DNA of 64,000 nt from Candidatus Woesearchaeota archaeon (GCA_964359725.1 CAYHTT010000001.1:14618-78617), one strand, 5' to 3'. Positions 37,944-48,788 are shown, numbered from the stretch's first letter. The notes: generated by a model from the letters alone, not told the origin. Made by a program: numbers and translations.

Positions 37944-38819
37944 TTACTCTGCTTTCGTTAATATTTTTGGTTGGTCCTTTACCAATAATGTATGTTCTAC
38001 TTGACTAACCAAACCTTTACTTTTTTCAGACAATTGAGGATAATGATGCAAAATATTTTCTCTTTCTAAAATGCGTAATCCAAAATTAACTTTAAAACTA
38101 GGAAATTTTTTTAATAACCATCTTCTTGCAAACGGTAATGTCTTATACTCTTGAGCAATAAATCTTAATAATTCACGAGCAATATTGTCTCTTACTGGTT
38201 TAAGATTAATTATTTTATAGATATTAGATAATTTACCATCTTCAACTAATCCAATACCATCAGTTGCAAATGGCTCAATTGCTATAACTTGATCTTCTTC
38301 TAATTCAGTTTCATCTTTATTATCATAATTTGGAATTGTCATACCAGCATGTTCTTCATATTCTTGTATGCTATGGCCAGAAAGATTTCTTACAGACTTA
38401 AAACCAAACTCTTTAATTATTTTTTCTATTACCATTCCAATTTCATTAATTTTTGTACTTGGCTTTACAATTTTAATTGCTTCTTTTAATGCTAGCTCGC
38501 TTGCTTTAACTAACTCTTTATTATTTCCAAGATCGATTGTAATAGCATTATCTCCTATAGCACCTTCTATATGTGCCCCTACATCTAATTTAACAACATC
38601 ATTTTCTTTAAATTTAAAGTCATCCTCATTTATAGTAAAATGAGCGGCCATTTCATTTATTGAAACTTGAACAGGAAATGCTGGCCTAGCACCTAGCTCA
38701 ATAATTTTAGCTTCAACTTTTTCAATGATATCTTTCATGCTTGCATTTATTTTAATTAATCTAGCTCCATAATTTAAAGCCTGTGCACTTATCTTTCCAG
38801 CTAATTCCCAATTATCCAT
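37944..38819 (-). CDS. map: Methionine aminopeptidase, type 2 (archaeal)
   Basis: Pita-bread fold motifs: FPVQVSINEMAAHF, DVGAHIEG and EPFAT. Confidence 0.8.
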   Translation of the reverse strand: MDNWELAGKISAQALNYGARLIKINASMKDIIEKVEAKIIELGARPAFPVQVSINEMAAHFTINEDDFKFKENDVVKLDVGAHIEGAIGDNAITIDLGNNKELVKASELALKEAIKIVKPSTKINEIGMVIEKIIKEFGFKSVRNLSGHSIQEYEEHAGMTIPNYDNKDETELEEDQVIAIEPFATDGIGLVEDGKLSNIYKIINLKPVRDNIARELLRFIAQEYKTLPFARRWLLKKFPSFKVNFGLRILERENILHHYPQLSEKSKGLVSQVEHTLLVKDQPKILTKAE

Positions 38820-41239
38820 TAAAATTCTCCTAACTTACTTTGCTCTCTAATTAATATGTCATCTCTTTTAACTCCAAAAACTTCAAAAATCTTTTCTACA
38901 CTTGGCAAGATTTGATTTTCAACATAATAATTAGCATCATAATCTTTACATTCTTCAGGAATTACAGCTTTATCTCTTATTATACCTTCTTTATTACTTA
39001 TAATATAATAAATTGTAGCACCAGGACTTACATCATAACCTTTAATTTTCATTTTTCTTGCAACAGCAACATGCGGTCCAATTTGTCTATAATCTTCTAA
39101 CCTTAATTTAAGCTGCTCTCCAATAACCATTTTCTTTAATGGAATTTTTTTATCATAAACATCTTTTATAACTTTTTTAATATATTTTAATGCATTTTCA
39201 TAATTACCTTCTTTTAATATAAGCTCGAGGACTTTTAACTGAGTTTCACGAGCAATTAAACTCCAATCTTTTCTTACAGTTTCAAAACCAGTTACTTCTA
39301 TTTCATTATCCTCATTAATTAAAGCATATTTCTTTTTTGCACCTAATGTTTCACTCTTTTTACTTACAAATATTCCTCGAGGATAAAAATTTTCTATCTC
39401 AATTTCCATTAAACTTGGTAATTCATCATTAACCTTTCCTAAAAAAATTAATGCATCTTTTTTTGTCTTGCCCTTTAATGTTATAGCTAAACTATCTGTA
39501 TCAGAATAAATAACTTCAAAACCTTCTTCTTGAGCTTTTTTAATAGTATCTTGAATAAATTCACGACCGAATGCTGTTATACTAGCTGCACATTCTCTGC
39601 AATAATATCTTGCACCAAAAAAGGCCAACATCCCATAACTAGAATTAGCAACTGTTTTTAACGCATAATTTCTAGCTTCTAATGCAACACTCTTCTCTTG
39701 TTTCATTATTTCTTTAATTCTATTCCTTCTAACAATTAAATCTTTAACAACTTTAGGAATAAATCCTTCAAATTTTGTATCAAAATAATAAAAAACTTTT
39801 CTTTCTTGCTCGTCAAGAATCTCAGGAGTTTTATAACCTCTTTCTTCTATGTTAAATGTTCCAGGATCAATATTTTTAGCTACAATTATGCTCGGATACA
39901 GAGACATATAATCAAAAAATACAACATCTTTATAAAAACCAATTTTTGGCTCCATTACAAACGCTCCTTGATATGTAGCTTGAATTCTTTCTGAAATGCT
40001 TTCATGACTTGGTCTGTTAGGAACAATTTCATTAAATTCACGAGCCCTTTTAATTAAATAATTCTCAACTAACTTACCATAACTCATTCTACAAATATCA
40101 AACATTGATATGCTAATTAATTTTACTAACTCAGCTAAATTAGGATATATTTTTTGAAATATCTTAAATGTTAATTCTGTGTCATGTATATTATATTCAA
40201 CAAATTTTTCTAAATCTTGTACTTTATCCCACGCTAGCATAATATTATTTATATCGAGTTCTTTTTTCCTTTCATGGATTAATGCATTTGCAACTTCGTC
40301 TAAGCTATAAGAATCAAGTTGTAACGATCCAGCCATAATCTTTCTTATAAACTTAAATATATCTAAATGCAAAATACCTTTAATCTTTACAGAACTTTCT
40401 CCTAAATTTCTTCTAATTGCAATAAGGCTGTTATCTAAACCAAGATTAAGTTTAATTTTATATTTATCAGCTCTTGCCTTAATATAAGGAAAATCAAATT
40501 CGTCAGAATAATATCCTATAATACAATCTGGTTTATAATCTTTAATATTTTCAACAAATCTTTCAATCATTTCAGCCTCGCTATTTACAAATTCAACATA
40601 AGAAGGAGCTTTAAATTTCTTCCATGTTATAACTTTTTTTAAATCCTTACCAAGTAAACCAATCATTAATATTGGATCATTTTTTACTTTTTCTACCCCA
40701 CCTAAAGAACCATAAACTTCAATATCAATAACTAAAACTTTTAAATCATCATAAAATTCTTCATTACTTTGTTTTAAATTTCCTTTAATACAGTAATCAA
40801 AATTTTCATCCTCAATTAATTCACCAGATGCCTCAGTTAATGTTAATGGAGTAATTTCTTTATCAATTAAATAACGCTTTGCAAAGTTTACATCAATTTC
40901 TTTTATTTCTAAATTAAATTTTCTAATAAGTTCAGCTATTTGTTTAACTGCACTTGGTTTATTTACAGTAACTTTTATTGCTTTTACCGGTTTGCTTAAA
41001 TAATTTTTATCAAATATTTCTATTTTAATCACTTTATTATCATCTATCTCAATTTCATTCATTTTTTTAGCTATCTTATCTAAATCTTCATTACCAAAAA
41101 CCCAGAAATATGGTTTAAAAGTATCATCATAAACACAAACTTTTTTTCCATCTTTTGTTGTTCCAATTACTCTTATAATGCCTTGGCTATCAAAATCTAT
41201 ATCAATGGGATAAAAATATACTCTAGCCCCCTCGTCCAT
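38819..41239 (-). CDS. polB: Family B DNA polymerase
   Basis: Exo I VLVIDIEV, exo II/III regions, polymerase motif A (DFPYI...SLYPSII), motif B KTVANSSYG and motif C YSDTDS. The reading frame is uninterrupted, so there is no intein. Confidence 0.85.
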   Translation of the reverse strand: MDEGARVYFYPIDIDFDSQGIIRVIGTTKDGKKVCVYDDTFKPYFWVFGNEDLDKIAKKMNEIEIDDNKVIKIEIFDKNYLSKPVKAIKVTVNKPSAVKQIAELIRKFNLEIKEIDVNFAKRYLIDKEITPLTLTEASGELIEDENFDYCIKGNLKQSNEEFYDDLKVLVIDIEVYGSLGGVEKVKNDPILMIGLLGKDLKKVITWKKFKAPSYVEFVNSEAEMIERFVENIKDYKPDCIIGYYSDEFDFPYIKARADKYKIKLNLGLDNSLIAIRRNLGESSVKIKGILHLDIFKFIRKIMAGSLQLDSYSLDEVANALIHERKKELDINNIMLAWDKVQDLEKFVEYNIHDTELTFKIFQKIYPNLAELVKLISISMFDICRMSYGKLVENYLIKRAREFNEIVPNRPSHESISERIQATYQGAFVMEPKIGFYKDVVFFDYMSLYPSIIVAKNIDPGTFNIEERGYKTPEILDEQERKVFYYFDTKFEGFIPKVVKDLIVRRNRIKEIMKQEKSVALEARNYALKTVANSSYGMLAFFGARYYCRECAASITAFGREFIQDTIKKAQEEGFEVIYSDTDSLAITLKGKTKKDALIFLGKVNDELPSLMEIEIENFYPRGIFVSKKSETLGAKKKYALINEDNEIEVTGFETVRKDWSLIARETQLKVLELILKEGNYENALKYIKKVIKDVYDKKIPLKKMVIGEQLKLRLEDYRQIGPHVAVARKMKIKGYDVSPGATIYYIISNKEGIIRDKAVIPEECKDYDANYYVENQILPSVEKIFEVFGVKRDDILIREQSKLGEF

Positions 41240-41270
41240 AAGAAGAATTTAGCTAATAATCTATATAAAC

Positions 41271-41921
41271 TTATTGTACAAATTCTAATATTGGCTTATT
41301 TTCAATTAATTTTAAATCAGGTTTAAATGCATAAGCATATTTTTCATCAAAATAACCACATCTAAAATTTTCTAAATTAATATTTGTTCTTTTACTTAAC
41401 ATTAATGCGTAGAAATAAACTTGTGTTTGGGCGTATCTTTCATAATAAGCTCCCGGCTTGTAATCCCATATCCAAATTTTATTATCCTCAATTCTTAAAA
41501 CATCTATATGACCGGTAAGCGGAGATTTTATTTTAAACACATTAGTAAATTCTTTTAATTCATTTGGGTAAACCCATATTGGAACTTCCATTGCTATTGT
41601 ATTATTATCATTTTCTAACAAAAAAACCTGTATTCTTGGATGTTTATCTTTAAAACGTTCTTTATTAATTACTAATGCTTGTTTTGCTAAATCACTTATT
41701 TCATGACCAGAAATTTGATGCAATTTTAAATTATTTAATCTAAATCTTAACCCCGAGCTACGAGGACCATAATTAAAATATTCATTTGGACAACTAGTAA
41801 ACATATTATCTAAATAATCTTTTAAAGAACTAAAACCATTACAAAGTTCTTTTGTTTTTAGCTCATGAACCTTGTAACTATAATAACCACCTTTGTGATC
41901 CAATGTAAGATTTCTGATCAT
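41271..41921 (-). CDS. RecB/Cas4-family PD-(D/E)xK nuclease-like protein
   Basis: GHIDVLRIEDNKIWIWDYKPG (D..E.K) and QTQVYFYALML (QxxxY). It sits 31 nt upstream of polB on the same strand. Confidence 0.45.
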   Translation of the reverse strand: MIRNLTLDHKGGYYSYKVHELKTKELCNGFSSLKDYLDNMFTSCPNEYFNYGPRSSGLRFRLNNLKLHQISGHEISDLAKQALVINKERFKDKHPRIQVFLLENDNNTIAMEVPIWVYPNELKEFTNVFKIKSPLTGHIDVLRIEDNKIWIWDYKPGAYYERYAQTQVYFYALMLSKRTNINLENFRCGYFDEKYAYAFKPDLKLIENKPILEFVQ

Positions 41922-41957
41922 TAATTATAATTAGAATTAAGGTTAATATAAATTTTT

Positions 41958-42461
41958 CTACTCGCCAGGGCTTCTATCTAATCTGCTGTCTAAATGCTCA
42001 TAATAATGTTCAGAAGACGCTACTCTATCTCTATGATAAGTTTGATTTAAATCTAAATTAAATCTATTTTGAAGATTCATATTTTCTTGTTCGAATAAAC
42101 TTACTTCTTTCGGTGTATAGGAAAAACCATTTTTAGCTGCATTTTCAACAGCTTGAATATAAAATGAGATATCGCCCTTAAGTTCTTTAAAATAAAAATC
42201 TGTAAATTCTAAAGCTTTATTATAATTACCAAACTTCAATATAGCTTCATAAGCTAGTACTTCATCTAATCCAAAATTTCCATATTTTTTACCCATTATA
42301 TAAGCTTCTGATTCAAATTGATCATCAGTAGCTTGCAACCCAGCATAAATGTTACCTTCATCTTTAATTATAGAATCATCTTTTAATAAAGCCTCTAGAA
42401 TTTCTTTTCTTTTCTGTTCTCTTATACGTTCTTCTTTACTTTTAAATTGGTGTAAACTCAT
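41958..42461 (-). CDS. Hypothetical protein
   Basis: 167-aa ORF. Confidence 0.35.
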   Translation of the reverse strand: MSLHQFKSKEERIREQKRKEILEALLKDDSIIKDEGNIYAGLQATDDQFESEAYIMGKKYGNFGLDEVLAYEAILKFGNYNKALEFTDFYFKELKGDISFYIQAVENAAKNGFSYTPKEVSLFEQENMNLQNRFNLDLNQTYHRDRVASSEHYYEHLDSRLDRSPGE

Positions 42462-42543
42462 TTTATTAAGAAATTCGATTTTATATTATTATTTAAAGCT
42501 TTTGGTATAAAGATTTATAAAGTTGTTTTACTAATTAGCTTTA

Positions 42544-43548
42544 ATGGGCTTGCAAATAGGCGAATTAGTTCCAAAAAAGGAAATTTCTTTTAAAGATTTA
42601 GAGAAAAAGAAAATTGCAATAGACGCTTCTCAAACGCTTTACCAATTTCTTAGCTCAATTAGACAGCAAGATGGAACTCCTTTAATGGATCGCAATGGTA
42701 ATATTACATCGCATTTACAAGGTATAATTACTAGAGTAACAAATTTAATGTCGAAAAACATTAAACTAGCTTTTGTTTTTGATGGTAAAGCACCTTTACT
42801 TAAGATAAAAGAACAAGAAGAACGTGAATATAGAAAACAATTAGCTGAAGAAAAACTAAAAGAAGCAAAAGAAACTGGTGATGAATTTTTAATGTTAAAA
42901 TATTCAAAACAAAGTACTAGATTAAATCAAGTTATGATAAATGAAGCTAAAGAATTAATCAAGGCTTTAGGTTTACCAATAATACAAGCACCAAGTGAGG
43001 CAGAAGCTCAATGTGCATTTATGAATGAAAGAAAAGATGTTGATTTTGCTGGATCAAGTGATTATGATTCATTATTGTATGGAGCTCCAAAGATTGTGAG
43101 AAATTTAACTTTGTCAACAAAAAAAAGATTACCAAGTGGAGCTTATGTTAAGATTAATCCTGAATTAATTGAATTAAAAGAAGTATTAAAAAATTTGGGT
43201 ATAAAACAAGATCAATTAATTATCTTAGCTATATTAGTTGGTACAGATTATAATAAAGGTGTTCCAAGAATAGGGCCGAAAACAGCTTTAAGATTAGTAA
43301 AAGAGTATAAAAATTACAATATTTTGTTTAAAGAAGTGAAAGCAGAATTTGATTGGAAAAATATTTATGCAACTTTTAAAAATATGCCTATAATAAAAAA
43401 TTATAGTTTAAAATGGACAAGTATTAATTTTGATAAGGTAAAAGAAATTTTAGTTGATAAACATGATTTTAATCAAGAAAGAGTAGAAAATAATTTAGTT
43501 AGAGTAAAAAAAATAAAACAAGAATTTGGATTAAGTAAATGGCTTTAA
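42544..43548 (+). CDS. fen: Flap endonuclease 1
   Basis: N-domain (IAIDASQTLYQFL), I-domain acidic residues, and a helix-3-turn-helix (LVGTDYNKGVPRIGPKTALRLV). Confidence 0.85.
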   Translation: MGLQIGELVPKKEISFKDLEKKKIAIDASQTLYQFLSSIRQQDGTPLMDRNGNITSHLQGIITRVTNLMSKNIKLAFVFDGKAPLLKIKEQEEREYRKQLAEEKLKEAKETGDEFLMLKYSKQSTRLNQVMINEAKELIKALGLPIIQAPSEAEAQCAFMNERKDVDFAGSSDYDSLLYGAPKIVRNLTLSTKKRLPSGAYVKINPELIELKEVLKNLGIKQDQLIILAILVGTDYNKGVPRIGPKTALRLVKEYKNYNILFKEVKAEFDWKNIYATFKNMPIIKNYSLKWTSINFDKVKEILVDKHDFNQERVENNLVRVKKIKQEFGLSKWL

Positions 43549-44114
43549 TCTTTTTTGTATGGTTTTTCATAAACTAATGCAGCTCTTGTAACTCTTCTAT
43601 AAACCATGAGCATTCTTGGTATTCTTGAAATCGGTCTTATCAATCTTTCAAATAAACTTAATCTTGTTAATTTACTTCCTTCTCCAATCTCGCGAAATAT
43701 TCTTGCAGCTTCTCTATCAACTTTTTCAACCTCTCTAATTTCTTTTACCACTCTTTCTACTTCTATTCCACTATGTAAAATTTCTTGCCCTTCTCTTAAT
43801 CCCCCACCTAATCTAAAAAATAACGTAAGTTCCTCAAATAATCTGAATAATAAGAAAAATGGAAATACTGCAATAATCTCGAGCCAATATTTTTTTATAA
43901 AAGTTTTAGCATCTCTAACTCTTACATATTTAAAAATCAAATCTATTATAAAAATTCCTATAATAACAGCATCAATAATATTAATTAATCTTTCATATTG
44001 AATAAGAGACTTATGATAGAAAAATTCCCCTAAAATTATTATCATTATTAAAGCAACCAAATAAGGAATACTTTTATCAACTATCACCTCAATTTTATGC
44101 AACCATAATTCCAT
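43545..44114 (-). CDS. Hypothetical membrane protein
   Basis: 189 aa with three N-terminal hydrophobic helices and a charged C-terminus. Confidence 0.35.
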   Translation of the reverse strand: MELWLHKIEVIVDKSIPYLVALIMIIILGEFFYHKSLIQYERLINIIDAVIIGIFIIDLIFKYVRVRDAKTFIKKYWLEIIAVFPFFLLFRLFEELTLFFRLGGGLREGQEILHSGIEVERVVKEIREVEKVDREAARIFREIGEGSKLTRLSLFERLIRPISRIPRMLMVYRRVTRAALVYEKPYKKD

Positions 44115-44168
44115 ATCATCATAAAATAAAACACAATATTTAAATATAACTAAACTAAACTTTAATTA

Positions 44169-44606
44169 ATGGCAGAATTAATGATTATCCCAGCTTTAGT
44201 TCTTGGTGCAGTTATTGGGTTATATGAATTAATTTTAGTACATCGAGATGAGAATTTTCGTGGCAGTCATTGGTTAACTCATGGTTTACATTCTGTTTTT
44301 TGGGCTATGCTAGCTGTATTTGCAACAATGAATGCAGAGTTTGTTTATGCTAATCTAACTTTCTTGCAAAATATTCCTTTTATAAGTAATATTTTAGTTT
44401 TTAGAATTTTTATTGGCTTACTTACAATAATTAAAGTTCATTCAGCTTCTGCTGTAGTTAGAACAACAATTGGAAGTAGTAAAGGTTTAAAACAAACATG
44501 GGCTCATAGCCTTGTTATTGGTATATTAGTTGTTATCGCTCCATATATTTGGCCTTTTGTTGAACCAATAGTAAGTCCTTATTTAGGTGGAGTACCAAGT
44601 AAATAA
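44169..44606 (+). CDS. Hypothetical membrane protein
   Basis: 145 aa with four hydrophobic helices. Confidence 0.35.
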   Translation: MAELMIIPALVLGAVIGLYELILVHRDENFRGSHWLTHGLHSVFWAMLAVFATMNAEFVYANLTFLQNIPFISNILVFRIFIGLLTIIKVHSASAVVRTTIGSSKGLKQTWAHSLVIGILVVIAPYIWPFVEPIVSPYLGGVPSK

Positions 44607-44825
44607 TTATTTAGCTAATTCTTCAATTTTCTTTAATCTTTCATTTATATTATCTAATTTTGCATTAATTGTTTCTAATTTACTTAGAATTAAATCTTCT
44701 TTATCTAATCCAGGATATTCTCTTTCTAAGGGTAATCTATCTTGAAATGGCTGAGTAAAATCTTGTGCAATATCTTCTGGTTGTTCAACTTTTTTCTTTT
44801 TAAAAATTTTAAATGGATTTATCAT
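44607..44825 (-). CDS. Small coiled-coil protein
   Basis: 72 aa. It lies 1 nt downstream of the 414-aa membrane protein gene on the same strand. Confidence 0.3.
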   Translation of the reverse strand: MINPFKIFKKKKVEQPEDIAQDFTQPFQDRLPLEREYPGLDKEDLILSKLETINAKLDNINERLKKIEELAK

Positions 44826-44826
44826 T

Positions 44827-46071
44827 TTATAAATTATTTATCGCTCTTCCTAAATTTACTATCCAATTTTGCATGTTTCTACCTCTTCTATACTCAATAC
44901 TTAGTTGTCTTGCATCTCTAATTCCTAATAATCTATCGCTTCTCGTGTTAATGCTTCTCGCTAAACCCATTACTTGATTTACAGCAGGGCTAGTTAATGA
45001 AGATCCTCCAAGAGTTGCAATTATGCCTCTAGAATTATTTCGAAGAGCAGATAAAATTTTTTTAATATTATTTAAATTTGGATTATTACTATTTAATTCA
45101 TTTAATGTTTGTTGATGTGCAGCTTGTATGGGCATATAATAATTGCGTAATAAATTTTGTTTAATTTGTTGCACATTGACTTGTTGTTGTGGTTGTTGCA
45201 TAGACGGTGCTTTTTGTTGTCCTCCAGCTTGTTTTTTTCTTTGTCTCCAATTACGAAATGCACCCCAACCTCTTTTAACCCCCCCACCAACTGAAGTTCC
45301 TAATTCTCCATATGCTCTTCCAGCCCTACTTAATGATCCCGTTGGTGTACTTCCTCCAACTGGTTCTTCTACAGCTGTTCCACCAGTCAAAGTTTTTATA
45401 AATAAATACCAAAAGAAAAATATAAAAGAAACAAGCATGCCTAAGCTAAGAACTGTATTAAAAATAGCACCCGCACCTAACGCAGAATCAAATTTTGTTA
45501 GAACATATGATGAAGAGGTATTTATTAAAATTAATAAAACAAAAGAAGCAAATGCTTTTATAAAATAAGTAAATCTATTTTCTTCACCTCTTTGAAAATT
45601 ATATACCCAATACAATCCACCTAATATTAAACCAATAACCACAAATAAAAATGCTGAATTTCCAATTAAAAGTAAAAATTCTACCGGGGTAAATATCACA
45701 GCAATTAAAGCAAGAAGTCCAGCAATTATATTGGCTCTTTTTACACCAGTTTCATCAGCACCAAATCTTTTTCTTAAACCATCAAACCCAGATATTATAA
45801 AAAATAAGAATAACCAATAAATTACTCTAAGAAATATAGCATTTCTGTCTTCTCCAATAACCTCAAACAATGGAGTTAAAATATCTGAGAATAACCCTAG
45901 GGCATTTCTTATCGTATTACCAAGATCAGCAGTTTGTAATCCAGTTATTTTATTTTCTATAACTAATAAACTAGTATTATTTAATCCGAATTCAACTATT
46001 AAGATTGCAAAAATAAATAAAAATAGCAATAGAAGTCTGTTACTAGAACCTTGTTGCCTACCTCTTTTCAT
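44827..46071 (-). CDS. Membrane protein with a Gly/Gln-rich low-complexity region
   Basis: 414 aa with multiple TM helices in the N-terminal two thirds, then a GGSTPTGS...QQPQQQVNVQQ tract. The tract is locally GC-rich, which explains the spurious antisense Cys-rich ORF 45143..45568. Confidence 0.4.
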   Translation of the reverse strand: MKRGRQQGSSNRLLLLFLFIFAILIVEFGLNNTSLLVIENKITGLQTADLGNTIRNALGLFSDILTPLFEVIGEDRNAIFLRVIYWLFLFFIISGFDGLRKRFGADETGVKRANIIAGLLALIAVIFTPVEFLLLIGNSAFLFVVIGLILGGLYWVYNFQRGEENRFTYFIKAFASFVLLILINTSSSYVLTKFDSALGAGAIFNTVLSLGMLVSFIFFFWYLFIKTLTGGTAVEEPVGGSTPTGSLSRAGRAYGELGTSVGGGVKRGWGAFRNWRQRKKQAGGQQKAPSMQQPQQQVNVQQIKQNLLRNYYMPIQAAHQQTLNELNSNNPNLNNIKKILSALRNNSRGIIATLGGSSLTSPAVNQVMGLARSINTRSDRLLGIRDARQLSIEYRRGRNMQNWIVNLGRAINNL

Positions 46072-46135
46072 TAAGCATACCTCTTTATTATATCAAATCA
46101 TAAACTATATATAAACTTTACTTTACAGTTATTAT

Positions 46136-46942
46136 ATGACTAGCTTAAAAGAAGCATTAAAAAATAAACTTCCAGAACAAGAAATTCCAACATCTTATGA
46201 TATGATTGGCAATATAGCAATATTTTCAAAATTACCAAATAACATTAAAAAACAAAAATTAATTGCTAATACATTATTAAAAATAAATCCTAATATAAAA
46301 ACAGTTTTATTAAAAACTAAAAAATTTTCTGGTAAATATAGATTACCAAAATTTAAAATATTAGATGGAATTAAAACTAAAGAAACTTTACATAAGGAAA
46401 ATAATTGTATTTTTAAATTAGATGTTGAAAAATGTTATTTTAGTCCAAGATTAGCTAATGAAAGATTAAGAATAGCTAAACAAATTAAATCTAATGAAAT
46501 AATTTTAGTAATGTTTTCTGGTATAGCTATTTATCCAATTATTATAAGTAAAAATTCAAGCGCTAAAGAAATTTATTCTATTGAAATTAATCCTATAGCA
46601 GATTATTACGCAAAAGAAAATTTAATGCTAAATAAAATTAATAATGTTAGATTGTTTAAAGGCGATGTTAAAGAAATCTTGCCAAAAATTAAATTAAAAT
46701 TTAATAGAATAGTAATGCCTGCTCCAAAAAATGCTGAAAAATATTTGCAATTAATTAAAAATAAAATTAAAAAAAATACTATAATTCATTTTTATGATTT
46801 CAGCCAAGAAAAAGATTTTCCTAAAGCAAGTATAAATAAAATAAAAAAATATTTTAAAAAAATTAAAATTCTAAAAGCAATAAAATGCGGTAATGTTTCA
46901 CCTTATAATTACCGTGTATGTATAGATTTTCAAGTTCTATAA
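46136..46942 (+). CDS. Trm5/Taw2-family (Met-10+ like) tRNA methyltransferase
   Basis: YDMIGNIAIF (the FDVIGDIAI-type motif), YFSPRLANER, the SAM-binding stretch ILVMFSGIAIYPI, and NRIVMPAP (the NLP-like motif). Confidence 0.6.
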   Translation: MTSLKEALKNKLPEQEIPTSYDMIGNIAIFSKLPNNIKKQKLIANTLLKINPNIKTVLLKTKKFSGKYRLPKFKILDGIKTKETLHKENNCIFKLDVEKCYFSPRLANERLRIAKQIKSNEIILVMFSGIAIYPIIISKNSSAKEIYSIEINPIADYYAKENLMLNKINNVRLFKGDVKEILPKIKLKFNRIVMPAPKNAEKYLQLIKNKIKKNTIIHFYDFSQEKDFPKASINKIKKYFKKIKILKAIKCGNVSPYNYRVCIDFQVL

Positions 46943-47490
46943 CCTTTAGCAACAATATACATTTCTTTACTAGATTTTTTAGAAGCCTCTGGTTTAGTCG
47001 CTTTAACAAAATTAAAATAATTTTTAATATCTTTTAAAAATTCATTAAATTCTTGACTCTGAAATGTTTTGCAAACAAAATTTCCATTCCTATTTAATAC
47101 TTTTCTAGCAATATTAAAAGCTATTTTACTTAATTCTAATGATTTATATTGATCTTGCTCAATATTCCCCGAAATTCTAGGAGCTAAATCACTTAAAACA
47201 ACATCAAATTTTTCCAAAGAATAAATTTTATCACGAGTTTCTTTTTTAAATATATCTCCTAAAATAAATCTTACATTTTTTATATATTGGATTTGTTTAG
47301 TATCAACACCCGTTACTTGAGCACTTAAATTTTGACAAACTTGCATCCACGATCCTGGCCATGTTCCTAAATCCAATACTTTATCATTTCTTTTAATTAA
47401 ATTATATTTTTTATTAAGAGAAATCAATTTGTAAGCGCTTCTTGCACGATAGCCTTCCTGTCTTGCACGTAAAGTGAATTTATCAATCAT
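46930..47490 (-). CDS. FtsJ/RlmE-type ribosomal RNA 2'-O-methyltransferase
   Basis: RSAYKLISL, LDLGTWPGSWMQV, VLSDLAP and the catalytic K. Confidence 0.75.
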   Translation of the reverse strand: MIDKFTLRARQEGYRARSAYKLISLNKKYNLIKRNDKVLDLGTWPGSWMQVCQNLSAQVTGVDTKQIQYIKNVRFILGDIFKKETRDKIYSLEKFDVVLSDLAPRISGNIEQDQYKSLELSKIAFNIARKVLNRNGNFVCKTFQSQEFNEFLKDIKNYFNFVKATKPEASKKSSKEMYIVAKGYRT

Positions 47491-48788
47491 AATTCGATTA
47501 ATTTCCTTTTAATTTTAATAGCACTTAAAGATTCTCCAGAATGCCAACTCATTTTTGGCCTTATCCTCATTGGATAAATTCTTTCATTATTATCATCTAG
47601 AATTATAGCAGCACCTTTATCTTTAGGTAAATTATTTAAATGAGTTAATATATCTTGAGTTAAATAAGTTTGATTTATTGTATTTAATGCTTCAATATCT
47701 GGTTTAGCTGTTACCCTATGGCTAATTACAATATCACTTTGCGTAATAACATCACGATGAATTTCACCTGGTTGTTGAGTAGCCATTACCAAACTTATTC
47801 CAGGTTGTCTGCCTTCTCTTATTAACTGGATTAGAGCATCTGTTGCAGGAGTTTTACCTTCTTTTGGTAAAAATTCATGACCCTCGTCTATAAAAATCCA
47901 AACTAAGGGTAATTCTTGTTTTTTATCTTCTTCTATACTAAAATAATGTCTGCTAGTTTCCAATTCCTCTAGTTCTTCATATTTTCTAATTGAAATTCTT
48001 TCTTGTAATAATTTCTTGCTTATTATACTAGCAACTAAAGCTTTAACATTAAAATCATCATAAACACTTGTATCAAGAATACTAACTTCACCACTTTTAA
48101 CAATATCCTTAATTTCACTACCCTCAATATCAAATAAACCCCATGATTTAACAGCTTGAAATCTATTTTCAGTTGCATTTTTTGTATCTTGGTCTGTATT
48201 TGTATCTAATTTAATTTCAGCTATAACATCCTCTATACTATACTCTCCTATTAGCTTAGTTAAAATTCTTTCAATCAATACCCCAATATTACTTGTAATT
48301 GAGACATTAAATATATTACACCAATCTAAAGCATTTAATTCACCTGGCTTTATACTAAAACTATAATCTACAGGAATTCCTCTTTCTTTATATTCGTCAA
48401 ATTTTCCTTTTGGTGTATAAACCTTAACATCTAAGCCACGAGGTTCTAAACCCCATTCTTTTAATAAATCAGTTTGCCTTTCATTTGGAAATTTCATACT
48501 CCAAAAAATCCCCATCGTATCAAATATTAATATAGCTAAATTTTTCTTAATATCTTCTTGTAAATTAGCCATACCTTCTGCCATTACCCCAATCGAATAG
48601 GATTTTCCAGATCCTTTTTTACCCGCTATCAAAATTGTATGTGGTTTAGCTATATCAAGTAAAATATAATTACTTAAAGAAGTAGTTTGGCCCATTTTAA
48701 CATAACTTTTGCCAAGATAAATTAACCCATTCATGCCAAGCTCTTTTTGCTCTTTTTCATTTCTACCAATTATTATGTTATAAGGCAT
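47487..48788 (-). CDS. HerA/FtsK-like P-loop ATPase (DUF87-type)
   Basis: Walker A TILIAGKKGSGKSYSIG, Walker B VWIFIDEGHEF, and the later ATQQPGEI...VISHRV region. It overlaps the ftsJ-like gene by 4 nt. Confidence 0.5.
   Translation of the reverse strand: MPYNIIIGRNEKEQKELGMNGLIYLGKSYVKMGQTTSLSNYILLDIAKPHTILIAGKKGSGKSYSIGVMAEGMANLQEDIKKNLAILIFDTMGIFWSMKFPNERQTDLLKEWGLEPRGLDVKVYTPKGKFDEYKERGIPVDYSFSIKPGELNALDWCNIFNVSITSNIGVLIERILTKLIGEYSIEDVIAEIKLDTNTDQDTKNATENRFQAVKSWGLFDIEGSEIKDIVKSGEVSILDTSVYDDFNVKALVASIISKKLLQERISIRKYEELEELETSRHYFSIEEDKKQELPLVWIFIDEGHEFLPKEGKTPATDALIQLIREGRQPGISLVMATQQPGEIHRDVITQSDIVISHRVTAKPDIEALNTINQTYLTQDILTHLNNLPKDKGAAIILDDNNERIYPMRIRPKMSWHSGESLSAIKIKRKLIEL

Noticed and set aside
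45143-45568. 141-aa Cys/Pro-rich plus-strand ORF (MRNKFCLICCTLTCCCGCC...)
   Set aside because: It lies entirely antisense to the 414-aa membrane protein gene, within that gene's GC-rich Gly/Gln-coding tract. The Cys codons are the complement of Gly/Ala/Gln codons, so it is a shadow ORF.
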